62,634 nucleotides of DNA. Origin: Folioceros fuciformis. Its lineage: Eukaryota. Position numbers and translations under genes: made by a program. Within the stretch, counting starts at the first letter, position 1. Each line of letters starts with the position of its first letter. Location of the stretch: assembly GCA_049999805.1 (NCBI GenBank), contig JBNGIO010006249.1, forward strand, positions 464,796-527,429, read 5' to 3'. The notes under the pieces are model-generated. The model ran no database searches. It was not told the DNA's origin and worked only from the letters and a program-made list of their open reading frames with translations. Below are positions 1-12,507 of the stretch, piece after piece.

Positions 1-33
1 CTTGTTCTGACGAAGTAGGGATCCGCCGAAGCG

Positions 34-723
34 ATGGCCTTGGTGACGGTTTCTCAGCATCACTTCACGGGGGAGGGGGAGGAGGAGAACCTCACTGTGG
101 GCATCCGGGAGGTGATGGAGGAGGGCTATGGACTGTATGTTTGGCCCTGCAGCGTTGCCCTAGCGGAGTACGTGTGGCAGAACAGAAGCAGTTACGAAGG
201 ATTGAAGGTGCTGGAGTTGGGAGCCGGCACGGCCCTACCGGGCATTGTGGCAGCCAAGGCAGGAGCCTTAGTGACTCTCACAGACCGGGAGGACCTATCT
301 CAAGTGCTGGACAACATGAGCCAGACATGCGAGCGAAATCAAGTTGAGTGCAGGGTTGTTGGCCTGACCTGGGGCAATTTTGCTTCCATTTCGTCTGCCA
401 TTCTACATGACAAGCCAGAAGTTGTTCTGGGAGCTGATGTGTTGTATGATGGAAAAGACTTCGACGATCTGTTTGCGACCGTCAGCTTCTTGCTGGAGCA
501 AAAGGATGGGGCGAAGTTCATCACCACTTACCAGCGACGTTCTGGCCACTGGTCAATTGAATACTGGATGCGGAAATGGGGCCTGCACGTGACAAAGTTG
601 GCCGACGCATCCTCCTTCTTGCCCTTAGAGAAGCTGTCCAGAATATCATGCACTGTGGAGCTGATAGAAATGGAACTTCGGCATTGTGCCGGAGGTGGAG
701 ACCGGGTTAGGTTAGAGCTATAA
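34..723 (+). CDS. SAM-dependent methyltransferase, METTL23-like (family 16), intronless
   Basis: 229-aa ORF with YGLYVWPCSVALAEY, motif I VLELGAGTALPG, LTD, LTWG and GADVLYD, typical of METTL21/23-type methyltransferases. Confidence 0.88.
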   Translation: MALVTVSQHHFTGEGEEENLTVGIREVMEEGYGLYVWPCSVALAEYVWQNRSSYEGLKVLELGAGTALPGIVAAKAGALVTLTDREDLSQVLDNMSQTCERNQVECRVVGLTWGNFASISSAILHDKPEVVLGADVLYDGKDFDDLFATVSFLLEQKDGAKFITTYQRRSGHWSIEYWMRKWGLHVTKLADASSFLPLEKLSRISCTVELIEMELRHCAGGGDRVRLEL

Positions 724-1112
724 AATGCTTCAAAAAGCTTATTCTTGCTGTCTGCAACCTGTTGTGGACAGCTACGAGTGTCCAGCCAGCTCAGAAATAG
801 GAGTACTGTAGACCGTAAAGTGACCTCCTCATGTCCCCCCACCCTTTATACTAATGCCCAAGTGGCCATGGGGCACTGTTGCCACATACTGTTGCTATTG
901 TGTCTCTTCAAACTAACAACCCTACACCGATTGCTTAGAAAATGGAAGATGCCTTCAACCATGTCGGTCAGCGTTCAATCTCCGCCGTCCCACGGAAGGA
1001 GAAATGCTGGACCAAGGCAGAACCAACACTCGGGCTCCGGCTGTTCAAATTCCTCACCAGTGGAAACGACGCTTTCGTCGATCATACCTGAGACCAGTTG
1101 AAAACACGAAAC

Positions 1113-2627
1113 TTACGAATCCCGACAGGCTGACGGTTGAGTGTCATAAGCAGCGTCGGCGGATGACGTGTCTATGTCATTCAGACCAAGCTCCTCGTTC
1201 TGCTCCCAAGTTCTCTCATACTCCTGAACAGTAAGCTGTGTGTCGTCCTCCAGACCTTCGACGTCGGAGGAGGGAGCGATGAAAGAATTAGCCAACGCAT
1301 CATCCAAAACCAGCGTCCACGGCGAGTCAGCATCTCTGAGCTTCTTCAAAGCCTCAAAAAACTTGTCCCATCGCTGCTTCTCTCCAGGTGCAGCACTGTC
1401 CCCTAACCTAAAGCTAGTCAAGCCCTGCAAGGTTTCTACTATCTTGCTCACAAGCCCTTCCACCGTAGTAACCATACCGCCGAGAGTGCCCGGCTCCAGG
1501 TCCAGGTCCAGTTCAGGAATCCGAACACTAGCCGTGTCCGACTTAATGACATCCCTACTCAAATCCTCTTTCGTCACAACGCGGACTGTGATCGTCTTCC
1601 CCTTCAAAGGAATGCTTCCACCCGGTTTAACCTCTGAATTCCGGAAACCACAGAGAACGCAACTGGTCGCCATAACGATCACCTCCTTGAAGTACGGAAT
1701 GTTGGTGACGTACATCCGAGTCTCACACGCCGCTGCACACGCTCCACATGAAGCCGGAAAGATCATCACCTCCTCCGGGGCAGAATACTTGAAGAGTGCC
1801 GCGGCCACATCCGCACTGTTCCCCTGCGCAATAGCTCGTTGCGCAGCGTAGGCGCCGACCGATCCGTGGGGCTCTCTGCTAGTTCCCGCCGGCACATACC
1901 CCCGCACATCGCCATCGGCAACAGGAGCAGTTCCACCTCCACTTCCATCGCTCTCCTGCCCCGCCGGCAACGCCACATACCCTAACGCAGTCTGCTGCTC
2001 CGGAGTCCGATCATAATACACTGTTTCCAACCTCGGATCCTGCGCAGGAGCATGCAGGCTTTCCACAAAGCTGTTCCCCGCCGGATCATCCACCACAAAG
2101 GTGAATCCACGGCGTCCAGTGCCGCAATCCCTCAGCTTAGCCAGAAACTCGTCAATAGCCGCTGCCACAACCGGATCAGCCTTCCTCCGCTCCGGCTGCA
2201 ATGCCTCCAGGTCCTCCGCGGCCCGCATCAGGACTCCCTCCACCGTCGACAGCGTGCCCCGCTGCGCCTCCTGCGGTATCTCCAACTCGATCTCCGGTAC
2301 CTTGATGGACGCGGAGTCAGACTTCACCACCTGCCTGTTGAGCGAGGCCGCGTCCCCCGGGGGCACGGTGAGCATGATCCGGCAGCTGCGCGGGGCCAGC
2401 TGCCCTGCGAATTGCACCTCATTGTTGAGCTCTCCGCAGTGCGGACACTCGAACGCCATGAGCAACAGCTCGCGGAAGTGCGGGACGCGACTGAACATGA
2501 TGCGCGTAACACCATTGCCCTTGCAGCGCATGCACAGGCTCTCGATCTCCTCCACCGCCTTACCATCCGCTCTATCCTCATCCCTCGCCACGGCCTCGGC
2601 AGCCGCTCCCACGTCCACCATCGCCAT
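1113..2627 (-). CDS. ZPR1: Zinc finger protein ZPR1, intronless
   Basis: Two C4 finger plus A/B domain modules (ESLCMRC..FECPHCG..NNEVQ; CGAC..SCVLCGFRNSEVK), LNRQVVKSD, TVEG, DDPAGNSF, YERTWEQNEELGLNDI. First ATG at 2627. Confidence 0.95.
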   Translation of the reverse strand: MAMVDVGAAAEAVARDEDRADGKAVEEIESLCMRCKGNGVTRIMFSRVPHFRELLLMAFECPHCGELNNEVQFAGQLAPRSCRIMLTVPPGDAASLNRQVVKSDSASIKVPEIELEIPQEAQRGTLSTVEGVLMRAAEDLEALQPERRKADPVVAAAIDEFLAKLRDCGTGRRGFTFVVDDPAGNSFVESLHAPAQDPRLETVYYDRTPEQQTALGYVALPAGQESDGSGGGTAPVADGDVRGYVPAGTSREPHGSVGAYAAQRAIAQGNSADVAAALFKYSAPEEVMIFPASCGACAAACETRMYVTNIPYFKEVIVMATSCVLCGFRNSEVKPGGSIPLKGKTITVRVVTKEDLSRDVIKSDTASVRIPELDLDLEPGTLGGMVTTVEGLVSKIVETLQGLTSFRLGDSAAPGEKQRWDKFFEALKKLRDADSPWTLVLDDALANSFIAPSSDVEGLEDDTQLTVQEYERTWEQNEELGLNDIDTSSADAAYDTQPSACRDS

Positions 2628-4426
2628 GCCTTTCCACAACCTAGCTAACTCACTCGCTCACTCACTCACTCACGCGAATGACCTAATTTCCAAGCACGTC
2701 TGAGTAGTGCTTCCAGCAGACCCAGCACACCATTGTGAAAGCAGCGCAGTGCTCCAACCGCCACGCCCTTGCAAGCCGCCGGCTTGATACAATTCGATCT
2801 TCAAGTTCCTACGGTGCAAACTGAGTGCATGCCTTCCCGCCTGCCGCACAACTGGCCACATCCTGTCACTGGAGCAGAGGAATGGGAAAATCAGATTGGT
2901 TGCCTGCCATGTGCACTTCATATCCTCGCGCCTGGGTGAAGAAGAATGTCTTTCCAGTCCACTAAGAACAGATTCCCGTCGTGGCTCCAGATATCACACA
3001 TCAAAATCAGAACAGTTGCACCTGGTGGTACAGATACTGTGACTGGTGACAGACTCGGCGATTGACGACTCACCACCCGATTGGTCCCGGTTGAGAATCG
3101 TGCGATGTGGTGTGATTCGCGAATCCTGATCTCCAGACACTGCTGCTGGTTAGATGGGCGCCTGGGAGGGGATGGTGTGAAGGAGAGGAAGGGATCTCTG
3201 GACGCTGGCCCACTCTGTGCATGACGTCCAGTACGGCTTTTCTTTTCAGGCAAGCTGCGCACCGTTGAGGTAGGCCCACTTAGCTTTTATTGATTTTTCT
3301 TGTTTTACTCTTCAGATACAAAATTGAGGCGCATACAATATTAAAAGGGTTTCAAACTCAAATTTAGATTAAGCATCAATTACAAAAGGAAGTGAAGCCA
3401 CAATTTGCTACATTTTTAATTTTTTTGCACAGTGTGGTTACAAATAAGCAACCTATATGCATGATCTAAGAATTTCCTTTGATGACACATGTCTTGAGAT
3501 CCACGCAGGCTTAACATGTCAGCTTGAGCAAAAATCAGCTCCGTAAAGTCTCCGAATCCAGAAAAAAAAAAAAAAACAGGGGGTAGAATAAATGATATTT
3601 ACGCAGTCCCGGTCACCAACCGGTTGGAGAGGACTTACACGAGTGTTGTCTTTACTCGTCGCGATGGCGCGAGTTTAGTGCATCTGCCAGCAGCATCAGC
3701 AGCGGCAGCGCAGCACGAGTTGTAGCAGGAGAAGAGCAGCAGCACAGTTCCCTCGCTGTCCCGGACGGTTCTGCTGGCAGCATTGGCAGGCCTAGACTGA
3801 CGGGCATCTTGAGGCACTGCATTGCCTGGGGCGAGGAATCGGGAAGAGAATCCTGCCTTGCTTGGAATTCTGCTGCAATTGCCTGCTCCAGGCTGATTTT
3901 CGGCTGCCCAATTGGAATGGAGGAGCCCCAGATGGACACTGCGGGTGTCTCAACTCTTGACTTGACCGGAGCCAGGGCCTGCGTCAGTGGCTACAACGGT
4001 GGCTGAGAACCGTGGTGTCGAGCTGGCCTGTGCGCTCTCCGTGAAAGGGGTGCTGCAAGGGGGGGGGAGTGAGGGTTGGATGGATTCCTGCTGTCATTCT
4101 CTGTCAGTTAGACTACGCGGATGCCAGCTGAGGGTGATCTTGGAGCTGGTGGAAGCCAGGGGGTTGGAGGGAAGTGCAATTTTTGCTGCGCTTCGGAGTG
4201 GGCTGCTCTGAGTTAGCCAAATTGTGTTTGGTTTTGTTGCGCCTTGGTTCTTGCGGGGTGATCGGGTGTGGGTGGTAAATGCGGTTTCGGGACTGGTCTG
4301 TGCCGGTGAGGAAGTGGGCTCAGGATTTTTTTCTCTGTGGCCGAGCTTTGCGATGCTTCATGTTACCGCATTTTGGGTCCCGGTTTGTGCGGCCTAGTCG
4401 CCTTTGTGGGGATCCTTTGGGAAGCG

Positions 4427-7400
4427 ATGGCTGTCAAATCGCAGCTGAGGCTGGTGGCGATGGCGGGAATGGTTCTGTCTCTGCTCTCACTGGCCGCTCA
4501 TTTTTTGCTTGCGCGATTCTCCACTGTTGAGCAGCCACGGATCCAAGCGGAGAGCAACTTCCATGCCATGATAAACTTGCGTGAATTCACTCAAATCCGG
4601 CGGGAGGTTAACTCGGTGAGTCGTCTTGTGCTTGTCAGCTTTGTGAACGTACGTCCTTTTCTTTCGCTGTCGCCATTTTGTCAAGGGGGAGTCAAGGGTG
4701 AAGCTCGTGGGCGAGCAGTTGGTTGGCAGTCGAGCTTTTTCTGTGTGACGTGGGAATGTGGTCGGCAAGGGGGTGGCGAGTGCTAGTTTTGGTTGTTCTT
4801 GTTTCACAGAGGTCGAGTTATCGTGCTGCTGAAGCTTCGTGTTGTAATCTTGTTTGGGTAGACTTCGCAAGGATCACAGTTCGGAAAAGTTTGGGGTCAT
4901 GTTAAGGCATTGCGAAGTTTGCATCCACATGCAGGTCCTCGAGAGTATTATCCTCGTAAGTAACAACAGACTCTTTGTGGTAAGAAATTTCTGCAGTGTC
5001 GCTCTACGGGTCATTCTGAAGCAGCCGCTCGTTTCTGATGAGTCTCCATGTCTGCATTGGGTGGGATTCGTAGCGCCAAGCTGGCCTGGTGATGGATACA
5101 TCTTTGCTGAGATCAAGGGAGACTTTCACAACATTAGGTCTTCCGTAAGTTTCTTTTTGTGTGTTTGTGTTATCAGTCGGCGATTCCTGTAGCTGGAAGA
5201 TAACAGCTGTGCAGGCGGTTTCACACATCCCCTCCATCGCTGCAGATCTGCGACCTAGTTGCTATAGCGAGACTACTGAATGCCACTCTTGTCATTCCAT
5301 CCTTGCGTGCAGTGAGTTCTGCCAAGGGAATCAGGTTTGTGTTCCCTTGCTGTACAAACTGCTGCTACATGACTACTAGAATGAAGACAGTCAGATGACA
5401 ATCCTGAACGGTTGTCTTTGTCTGTCGGGCTGAAACATTTTCCATCTGTATCATGTCAGTAATTTGTACAGAGGCTTCAGCTACCTGTACGATGAGCAGC
5501 ACTTCATAGCTGCTCTTGCTGAGGATGTTCGGGTTGTGAAAAAGCTTCCAAAGAATCTCAGAGCAGCAAAGAAGAACAAGCTTCTTCCCATCAAAAGCTC
5601 TCCGATTGGAGCCCCTCCAGATTTTTATGTCGAGGAGGTGCTCCCACAGATGAAAGAGAAAGGTGCAATCGGCCTGCTGATACATGAAGGAGGCGGTCTA
5701 CAGGTGCCTGTCTGATACTGTTCTGCGATCCGAATCCCATGACACGAACTGCAGTATGTGATTCGCATGTTCGTTCTGTCAAAGCAGAGTTTGTTGCCTG
5801 CTGAACTTGCGGAATATCAACGACTGAGGTGTCGAGTGGCATTTCATGCTCTACGTTTCCGGCAAGAGATACATGAATTGGGACTGAAGATGGTGAGCAG
5901 GTATCAGTAACCGTGACCAAGGTCATAGTGCTTCTTTTCCAGCTAGTCGTGGAAGGTTGCTCGATTAATAGACGTCCATGGCAGGCTACAAGCAAGGAGA
6001 CAACCGTACCTGGCGGTTCATGCTGGTCTGGAGAGAGACAGTTTGGCGTTTCATGGCTGTGCAGAGTGTTTCCAGGTACAGTTGTTTCTCACAAATTTCT
6101 GATATTTCCGCCGTCATTGGGATGAGAATGCGGTAGAGGCTTTTGGCATGCGACTGTATCTGATGTGCATCACTAGGTTAGGTTCCCCAGGGATCAGCGA
6201 TGCCGTGTTGCTTTTTCAGGAGTCTTTTAGGCGACGGAATTCTCACGGGCCAGCTGTTGTCATTCTCAACAGGACGTACACACGGAGAGCATCCAGTACA
6301 AAAGGGCTGCCATGATCAAAGAAGGTATTGTGAAGGGGGAGCTAAATATTGATTCTGAAAAGCAGAGGGCAGAGGGCTTGTGTCCCCTCTTCCCTGAGGA
6401 GGTAAAACATTGCATGTACTCTCTGAAGTTGATGTACATAATGGAAATTGGGTTGTATACATCCAATGGAAATTGCTTGATGTGTCTTTTCCACCAGATT
6501 GGTGTCCTTCTTCGAGCTCTGGGCTACAGCAAGGATACCCTGATTTACGTCTCAGGAAGAGAAAATTTTGGTGGTCAGAGGATCCTTCTACCTTTGCGAT
6601 CCATGTTCCACCACCTTGAAGATCTCACCACCGTCACCACAGACGAGGAGGTGGCAAGCGTCTTCGGCCCGGAAGAGCCAATAGAATCTCCTCCGCCTCC
6701 TCCGCCAGATGATCCAGAGGAGCGGGAGAGACTTAGGCTTGAGGAATGGGCGAAAGCAGGGCCCAGACCCAGACCCTTACCACCTCCTGCTGGAAGGCCA
6801 AAGTTGCCTCATGAAGTTGAAGGCTGGTGGGGCTGGATTGGAGAATCTGGCAAGGAGCCTGTGCCAACGAGAAAGGAGACGCGGGAACAAGGTCACAGGC
6901 TACTGCTGGCAGCGATAGACTACATCGTTTGTGTTGAGGCAGATGCGTTTTTCCCTGCATTTGATGCAGACAAGTCTGACCGGCCAAATTTTGCGAGCTT
7001 AGTGATGGGGCATCGGGCGTACGCAATCGCTGCACAAAAGACTTTTCGGCCCGACAGGTCACCACACGACACCTGAACATGCGTGATGCAATCCTTTGAT
7101 TTGCAGCAACAGTTCCTAACATATCTGTGCTGGTGACTGCGGTGTACAGGAAAGTCATGGTGAGATATCTGGATGAGATTCGGGACAGGCTGTATAACCC
7201 GGGGCGGCCATGGCTTGTGGCAGTTCGAGAAGCTCTGAACGTATCCCTAGGTGCCCAAGGCCTCGCCAGACATTCCTTCTTTTCCAAGCCTCGTTCTTTC
7301 ATCTCCCATCCGCTCCCTGAATGTGTGTGTCGGAGTGCGTCGAAGGCAAATTTGTCCCTTATCTACTCCCAGGAAGATGGTAGTGGCAGGGTGTTGTATG

Positions 7401-7606
7401 GGGATGAGGAGGTGTGTCCGGAGTGGATGAAGCACGAAACTCTCCTTCAGCCAAGCACGACGGAACGGCAGAGAGAAGATGATCTCGACTATCTAGAGGA
7501 ATCTGTTTATCCAGTCACCACAGACCTTGACCTGGAAGTCCTATCAGGAGAGAGTGAAAAAGGTGAAGACGATGGAGACCAGGATATGGAGTTGGAGGAA
7601 GATTGA
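4427..7606 (+). CDS. O-fucosyltransferase family (DUF246) protein, EDA30-like, multi-exon
   Basis: N-terminal TM (MAVKSQLRLVAMAGMVLSLLSLAAHF), then exons GYIFAEIKGDFHNIRSS, FSYLYDEQHFIAALAEDV, GLCPLFPEE, RPRPLPPP..EGWWGWIGE, AIDYIVCVEADAFFP and SFISHPLPECVC, joined by GT-AG introns. Not every boundary was verified. Confidence 0.85.
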
Positions 7607-7985
7607 TGTGAATGCTGTGATTTCAAAGCCAGGACTAATGAAGTTCATGCTGCCCCCTTTCTGCTGGCTGGGTCCTTAAGACTGAATGCCCACCAGATTT
7701 TTCTTCCTTGTCCTATTCGTACACACCTGACACATTGGGCGCTGGCGATTGACATCTGGCGCTGGGGCTGATTCTTTCACCGGGTTCATGCCAACAGAGG
7801 CCTCGATTGAAGCTTCAGTCCCAACAAAGGTTTCCCCACAACAACCAGTACACAAAAAGAACAAGATCTACAGGGGCCCGTATGTACTTCCCCATCCTCT
7901 AGTTCAAAGAATAATTAACGACACTTGTCCTCGCACACTCGAATTCATCGCTGTACAACAGGCATGAGGACTTGGAAAATAAGAA

Positions 7986-10900
7986 TCACTTGTCTCGAAG
8001 TTCTATTAGCTGCTGGACAACCCCAGGTTCCGCCAACGTACTTATGTCGCCCAGTTCATCGAGCTGATTCGAAGCAATCTTTCTTAAAATCCTGCGCATG
8101 ATCTTGCCGCTCCTAGTCTTCGGCAGACCAGGTGCCCAGTGAATATTGTCTGGAGCGGCGAAGGCTCCAATCTGGGGGAACAAGAGGATCACGGGTGAAA
8201 AACTGATATGAAATGGTCCAATTGAATGAGAGAGGGCTGAACAGACCTGATGACGAACGGCAGCCACAAGCTGTTTACGTAGATCTTCGCTGTAATCAAC
8301 TCCATCCACTAGCGTTACAAAGGCATATATGCCTTGGCCCTTCACCTGCACACGGGATTGAGCTGGGTTAATCCGACTATATACGATATAATCTGTCCAC
8401 GATGCTGCTCTGTGAGGACTTACCTCATGGTCTACTGCAACAACGGCGGCTTCTGCACAGAGTGCGTGTGAGACCAAGGCCGACTCCACCTCAGCTGTCC
8501 CAATACGGTGGCCACTGTAAACCCGTGTGGACAGCAACAAACGGTAAACAAGGCCGTTCTCAGATTTTCCACAGTTCGCAATCATTGTGTTTTCAGAATA
8601 AGGCCCATGCATTATCTAACCTGACATTGATGACATCATCAACACGGCCTGTCAACCAATAGTAGCCGTCCTTGTCCCTGATAAACATTACAATCATAGA
8701 ATTCTGTAATCATAGAACCACTGTTGGCATTCTTCAAGCAACCAACAATAAGGACACCTAACATCCATCTCAGCAGCGCCTCACAAGTAAACAGGCCCAC
8801 TAACCTTCGACATCCATCACCACTGAAGTAGAAACCTTTGAAAGGCGCGAAGTATGTGGTTTCATATCTGTCATGATCACCGTACAGCGTCCTCATGGCA
8901 CTAGGCCATGGCGTTTTAATACAAAGATAACCACTGCACTCTCCTAGAAGCTCCTGCCCATTCTCGTCCACAATCGCTGGCTACAATGGGTAGAAAAATC
9001 AGTCTTACAGTGGGCAATTTTTCGCTCTAATGCAGATCTATTACATCCCATCGATTTGAGAAACGCGAGTTCGATCACCATACCTGAACACCGAAGAAAG
9101 GAAGCGTTGCAGACCCAGGCTTCAGCGGCCAGGCACCAGGTAGAGGGGTAATCTGGAACGAGGACAGAACGATGGCTCACGAGGGGTGCACTTGTCTGTC
9201 ACAATAGCCTTTATCACCCCGTCAATCTCACTTACAAGGAATCGAACTGCTCTTACCATGAAGCCTCCTGTCTCAGTCTGCCACCATGTATCAGATATAG
9301 GACACCGACCGTCTCCAACAACATCATAATACCATCTGAAGTTACACAAATAGTGTCAGAGAAGAAAAATACGAAGAAACGATAAAACTGCAGGCGTAAC
9401 CTAGTTCGCAGTATTGGCATGACATACCTCCATGCACTTGGATTGATAGGCTCTCCAACACTGCCTAAGACTCTAAGAGACTTTCGAGAATGCCGCTTCA
9501 CAGGCTGCACACACAAATCATCGTGAGCAAAAAACAAAAAAAAACAAATGTGGACTAACACCAGCAATCAAAACGGAGGACTTGAAGTTTTCGCACCCCA
9601 TCACCAAACCGTTGCAGTGATCTTATTGCAGTTGGGGCAGTGTAAAAAATATTGACATTATGTTTATCCACTATCTCCCAGCACCTGCCCGCATCTGGGT
9701 AATTTGGCACCTGTTTGATGTGATCATGATGTATACTTAGTACTTGGAGGAATTCAGCAGAGGGAGAGCCATGACTACACAAATGAACGGTGAGGCTGAA
9801 AGATTTTCAATCAGACTTCACCTATAATATGAATAACACAGATGCAGGCAACGTAAAGAGCATACCCACCCCCTCAAATACTAGCACTGTCGCTCCATTG
9901 AGAAGAGGGCCGTACGTTACATAGCTATGTCCTGTGATCCAGCCACAGTCAGCCGTACACCTGCATGCCACACAGTGTCCCTCGTTAAAGTGAAGCACGA
10001 GCAAAGGAAAAACCATTCAACTCAGGCCCTCCTCGTTTCTAACTATCTACAAGACAATTCTTTCTGCCTGATGTCGAACACAGAGCTAACCTTCCCAGGG
10101 GTGACATGAATGTACCAATACACATCACCCGCATGGTAGTCAAAAGTATACTTGAAGGTAGTGGCAGTGTAGACCATGTAACCACCAGTGGTGTGCAGCA
10201 CACCCTGCCCATAACAAAAGACAAACAATCAGAGGCACAAGTGAAAGCTCAGTACAAATTCCACGCAGAACACGCATGACTGGGCACATACCTTTGGTTT
10301 GCCAGTACTACCACTGGTATACAACAAGAACAAAGGGTCCTCAGCATCCACCCACTCCACAGAACATTCCACTGGGTAGGTCGGCACTACATCCTGCAAA
10401 CCGAATAGATGCTCAGGAACTTCCCATTCGAAAAGATTCCGTATGGACAGACCCACACGTTTAAAATAGAAGATTGCACCTGCCACCACACATCCCGGCC
10501 CTCTTGCCATACTGTCTCATCCCGGCCCACTGCTGCGTCATTGGCAAAGGTCAAACAGGTACCTGTATAGAGGATGTGAGCCTGATGTCAGAACCAAAAG
10601 GGTGTGCATACACGACTAGAGAAGATGTGGAATGCAAGAACACAAAGGCCACGTGTGTTGATGTCCCCCATCGTGAACACCCAGTAGACAGACTTCACAT
10701 GGAGAGGATGACATGCAAAGAGAAACTGACCGACAGAAATCCCTGCCAATTTGCACTGATCCAGAGCTGCATCTACAATCTCTTTCAGCTTGATCACTTT
10801 AGGACCCCTGCGCACTCCGCTAGTTGTGAGAACAACTTTGGGCTTGCAGTCTAGGACTCGTTGTGCAAGAGATTCTGCTGAGAACCCAGCAAAAACGACC

Positions 10901-12242
10901 TGCAAATCCCAAGTAAGCACCCCTCACAAGCATCAATAATAGAGTAGGCAACCTTAACGAGCAGCACAGTGTTACTTACAGAGTGGACAGCTCCAATCCG
11001 CGCACAGGCTAGCATAGCCACTGGTAACTCAACCAGCATTGGCATGTAAATCACCACCGCGTCTCCCTTACCCACGCCAATCCCCCTCAGGTAGTTTGCA
11101 AGCTGCCACCACACCAGCAGCCAGCGTGTAAGCTTCAAGCTTTCACGCAACAGCCTGTACCGGAGCTAAGACATTCCTACTCGTTGCACCCCTCACAGAA
11201 GCAACGAGCCAACGGCGTGAAACCACCTTCCATAACACAAGGATTGGAAACACGTTGAAAATCGTCAGCCGTAACAGCCAGAAGTACCTGGCAAATCTGA
11301 TCAAGCAGCTGCTTGAAAGTAACCCTCTTATCCAACCCCACATCGTTGCCCTCCCATATGATTGCAACGTCCTCACCCTTCCCTGCCTCCACATGCCTAT
11401 CAACTGCGTTGTAACATATATTCGTTTCACCACCTTTGAACCACTGACATCAAAAACCGAAGAAGAGGATGTGAAAACAGTTTCCGCGATACAAGCACCA
11501 CAAAAATCCATCTCGCGCGTCCTGGCCAACAAACAGCAGTACTCACCCCTCACTCGAATCCCAAACTCACTCACCTCAATAGCAACGCGACCTTTATTCA
11601 CGTCTATGTTCGCCGTGTGAACCTTGCCGTCCACGCTCGGCCATTTCTTCTTCCAGTAGAAACTGGACGCAATCTCACTCCAAAACGCGTCGGGATCCGA
11701 GATCGATTTCTCATACATCGCATCGTACTGCAAAATTCCATCACACTAATCAGCTCACTGAGCTCACTTTCTCCCCCTCGGCAGCGAACAACAACACACG
11801 ACCGAGATCTCGCATCCTAGCACAAAATGCGCCAAAATCTCACAATTTTCCGAGACGGAACTAGCGCACGGTCCCGAAACTCCTGACTCGCATACTCCAG
11901 CACGTCCTCCTCCACATGCACGGTCTCCCCGGTCACAACAGCATCCGCCTGCGCAGCCTTCAGCTCGCACACACCAAACCCGTTTGCGTTTCCATTCCCG
12001 TTTCCGTGCCCGAACCCTCCCTCCATGCCGGCAGAGGAAAATGAAGAGGCGAGCCTACGGGATGCAGCGGCCGTCGCCACAGCCAGCTGCCGAGATATCC
12101 CGAGCGTGGCCCCTGCGGTGGGGGAGGCGAGAGCGGCTTGCGCTTGCGCAGCTGGAGGCAACAACACAAGCCCACGCCCTTGCGGAGTCACGGAGGAAGC
12201 TGTTCCCGCACTGACAGGTAGAGTTCCGTGCGCGGCGGCCAT
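7986..12242 (-). CDS. ACS: Acetyl-CoA synthetase (AMP-forming), probably plastid-targeted, many exons
   Basis: Exons encode [96 protein letters not shown] and [18 protein letters not shown]. Ala/Ser-rich N-terminus from ATG 12242. Confidence 0.95.
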
Positions 12243-12507
12243 GGCTATGTGTCTGCCTAAACTTGGTGCGTCAGGCCTCTTTCTCCATGCGAGAATCGAG
12301 ATCCGTCCGTCCTCATCAATGCAGATACCGTGCACCTCAGTGTAACAGAACTTTTCTTTTATTAGTCCCAACGAGCCGAAATGCTGTGAGACGTCTTGGA
12401 CGACCCCAAGTCGACTCGACTGTACAGGCGCCGGATCCCAACGGAGCAGGAGACGCGGTATGCGGGTCTCGGATTGTTGCTGGGAAGAGCTGCTGCTGGA
12501 GCCTGGC

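Noticed and set aside
1240-2703. Several ~200-aa plus-strand ORFs
   Set aside because: Antisense to ZPR1 in GC-rich coding DNA, with no recognisable motifs
2700-4300. Short ORFs and a poly-A run between ZPR1 and the O-fucosyltransferase gene
   Set aside because: No recognisable domain or consistent exon chain, and no TSD identified around the A-run
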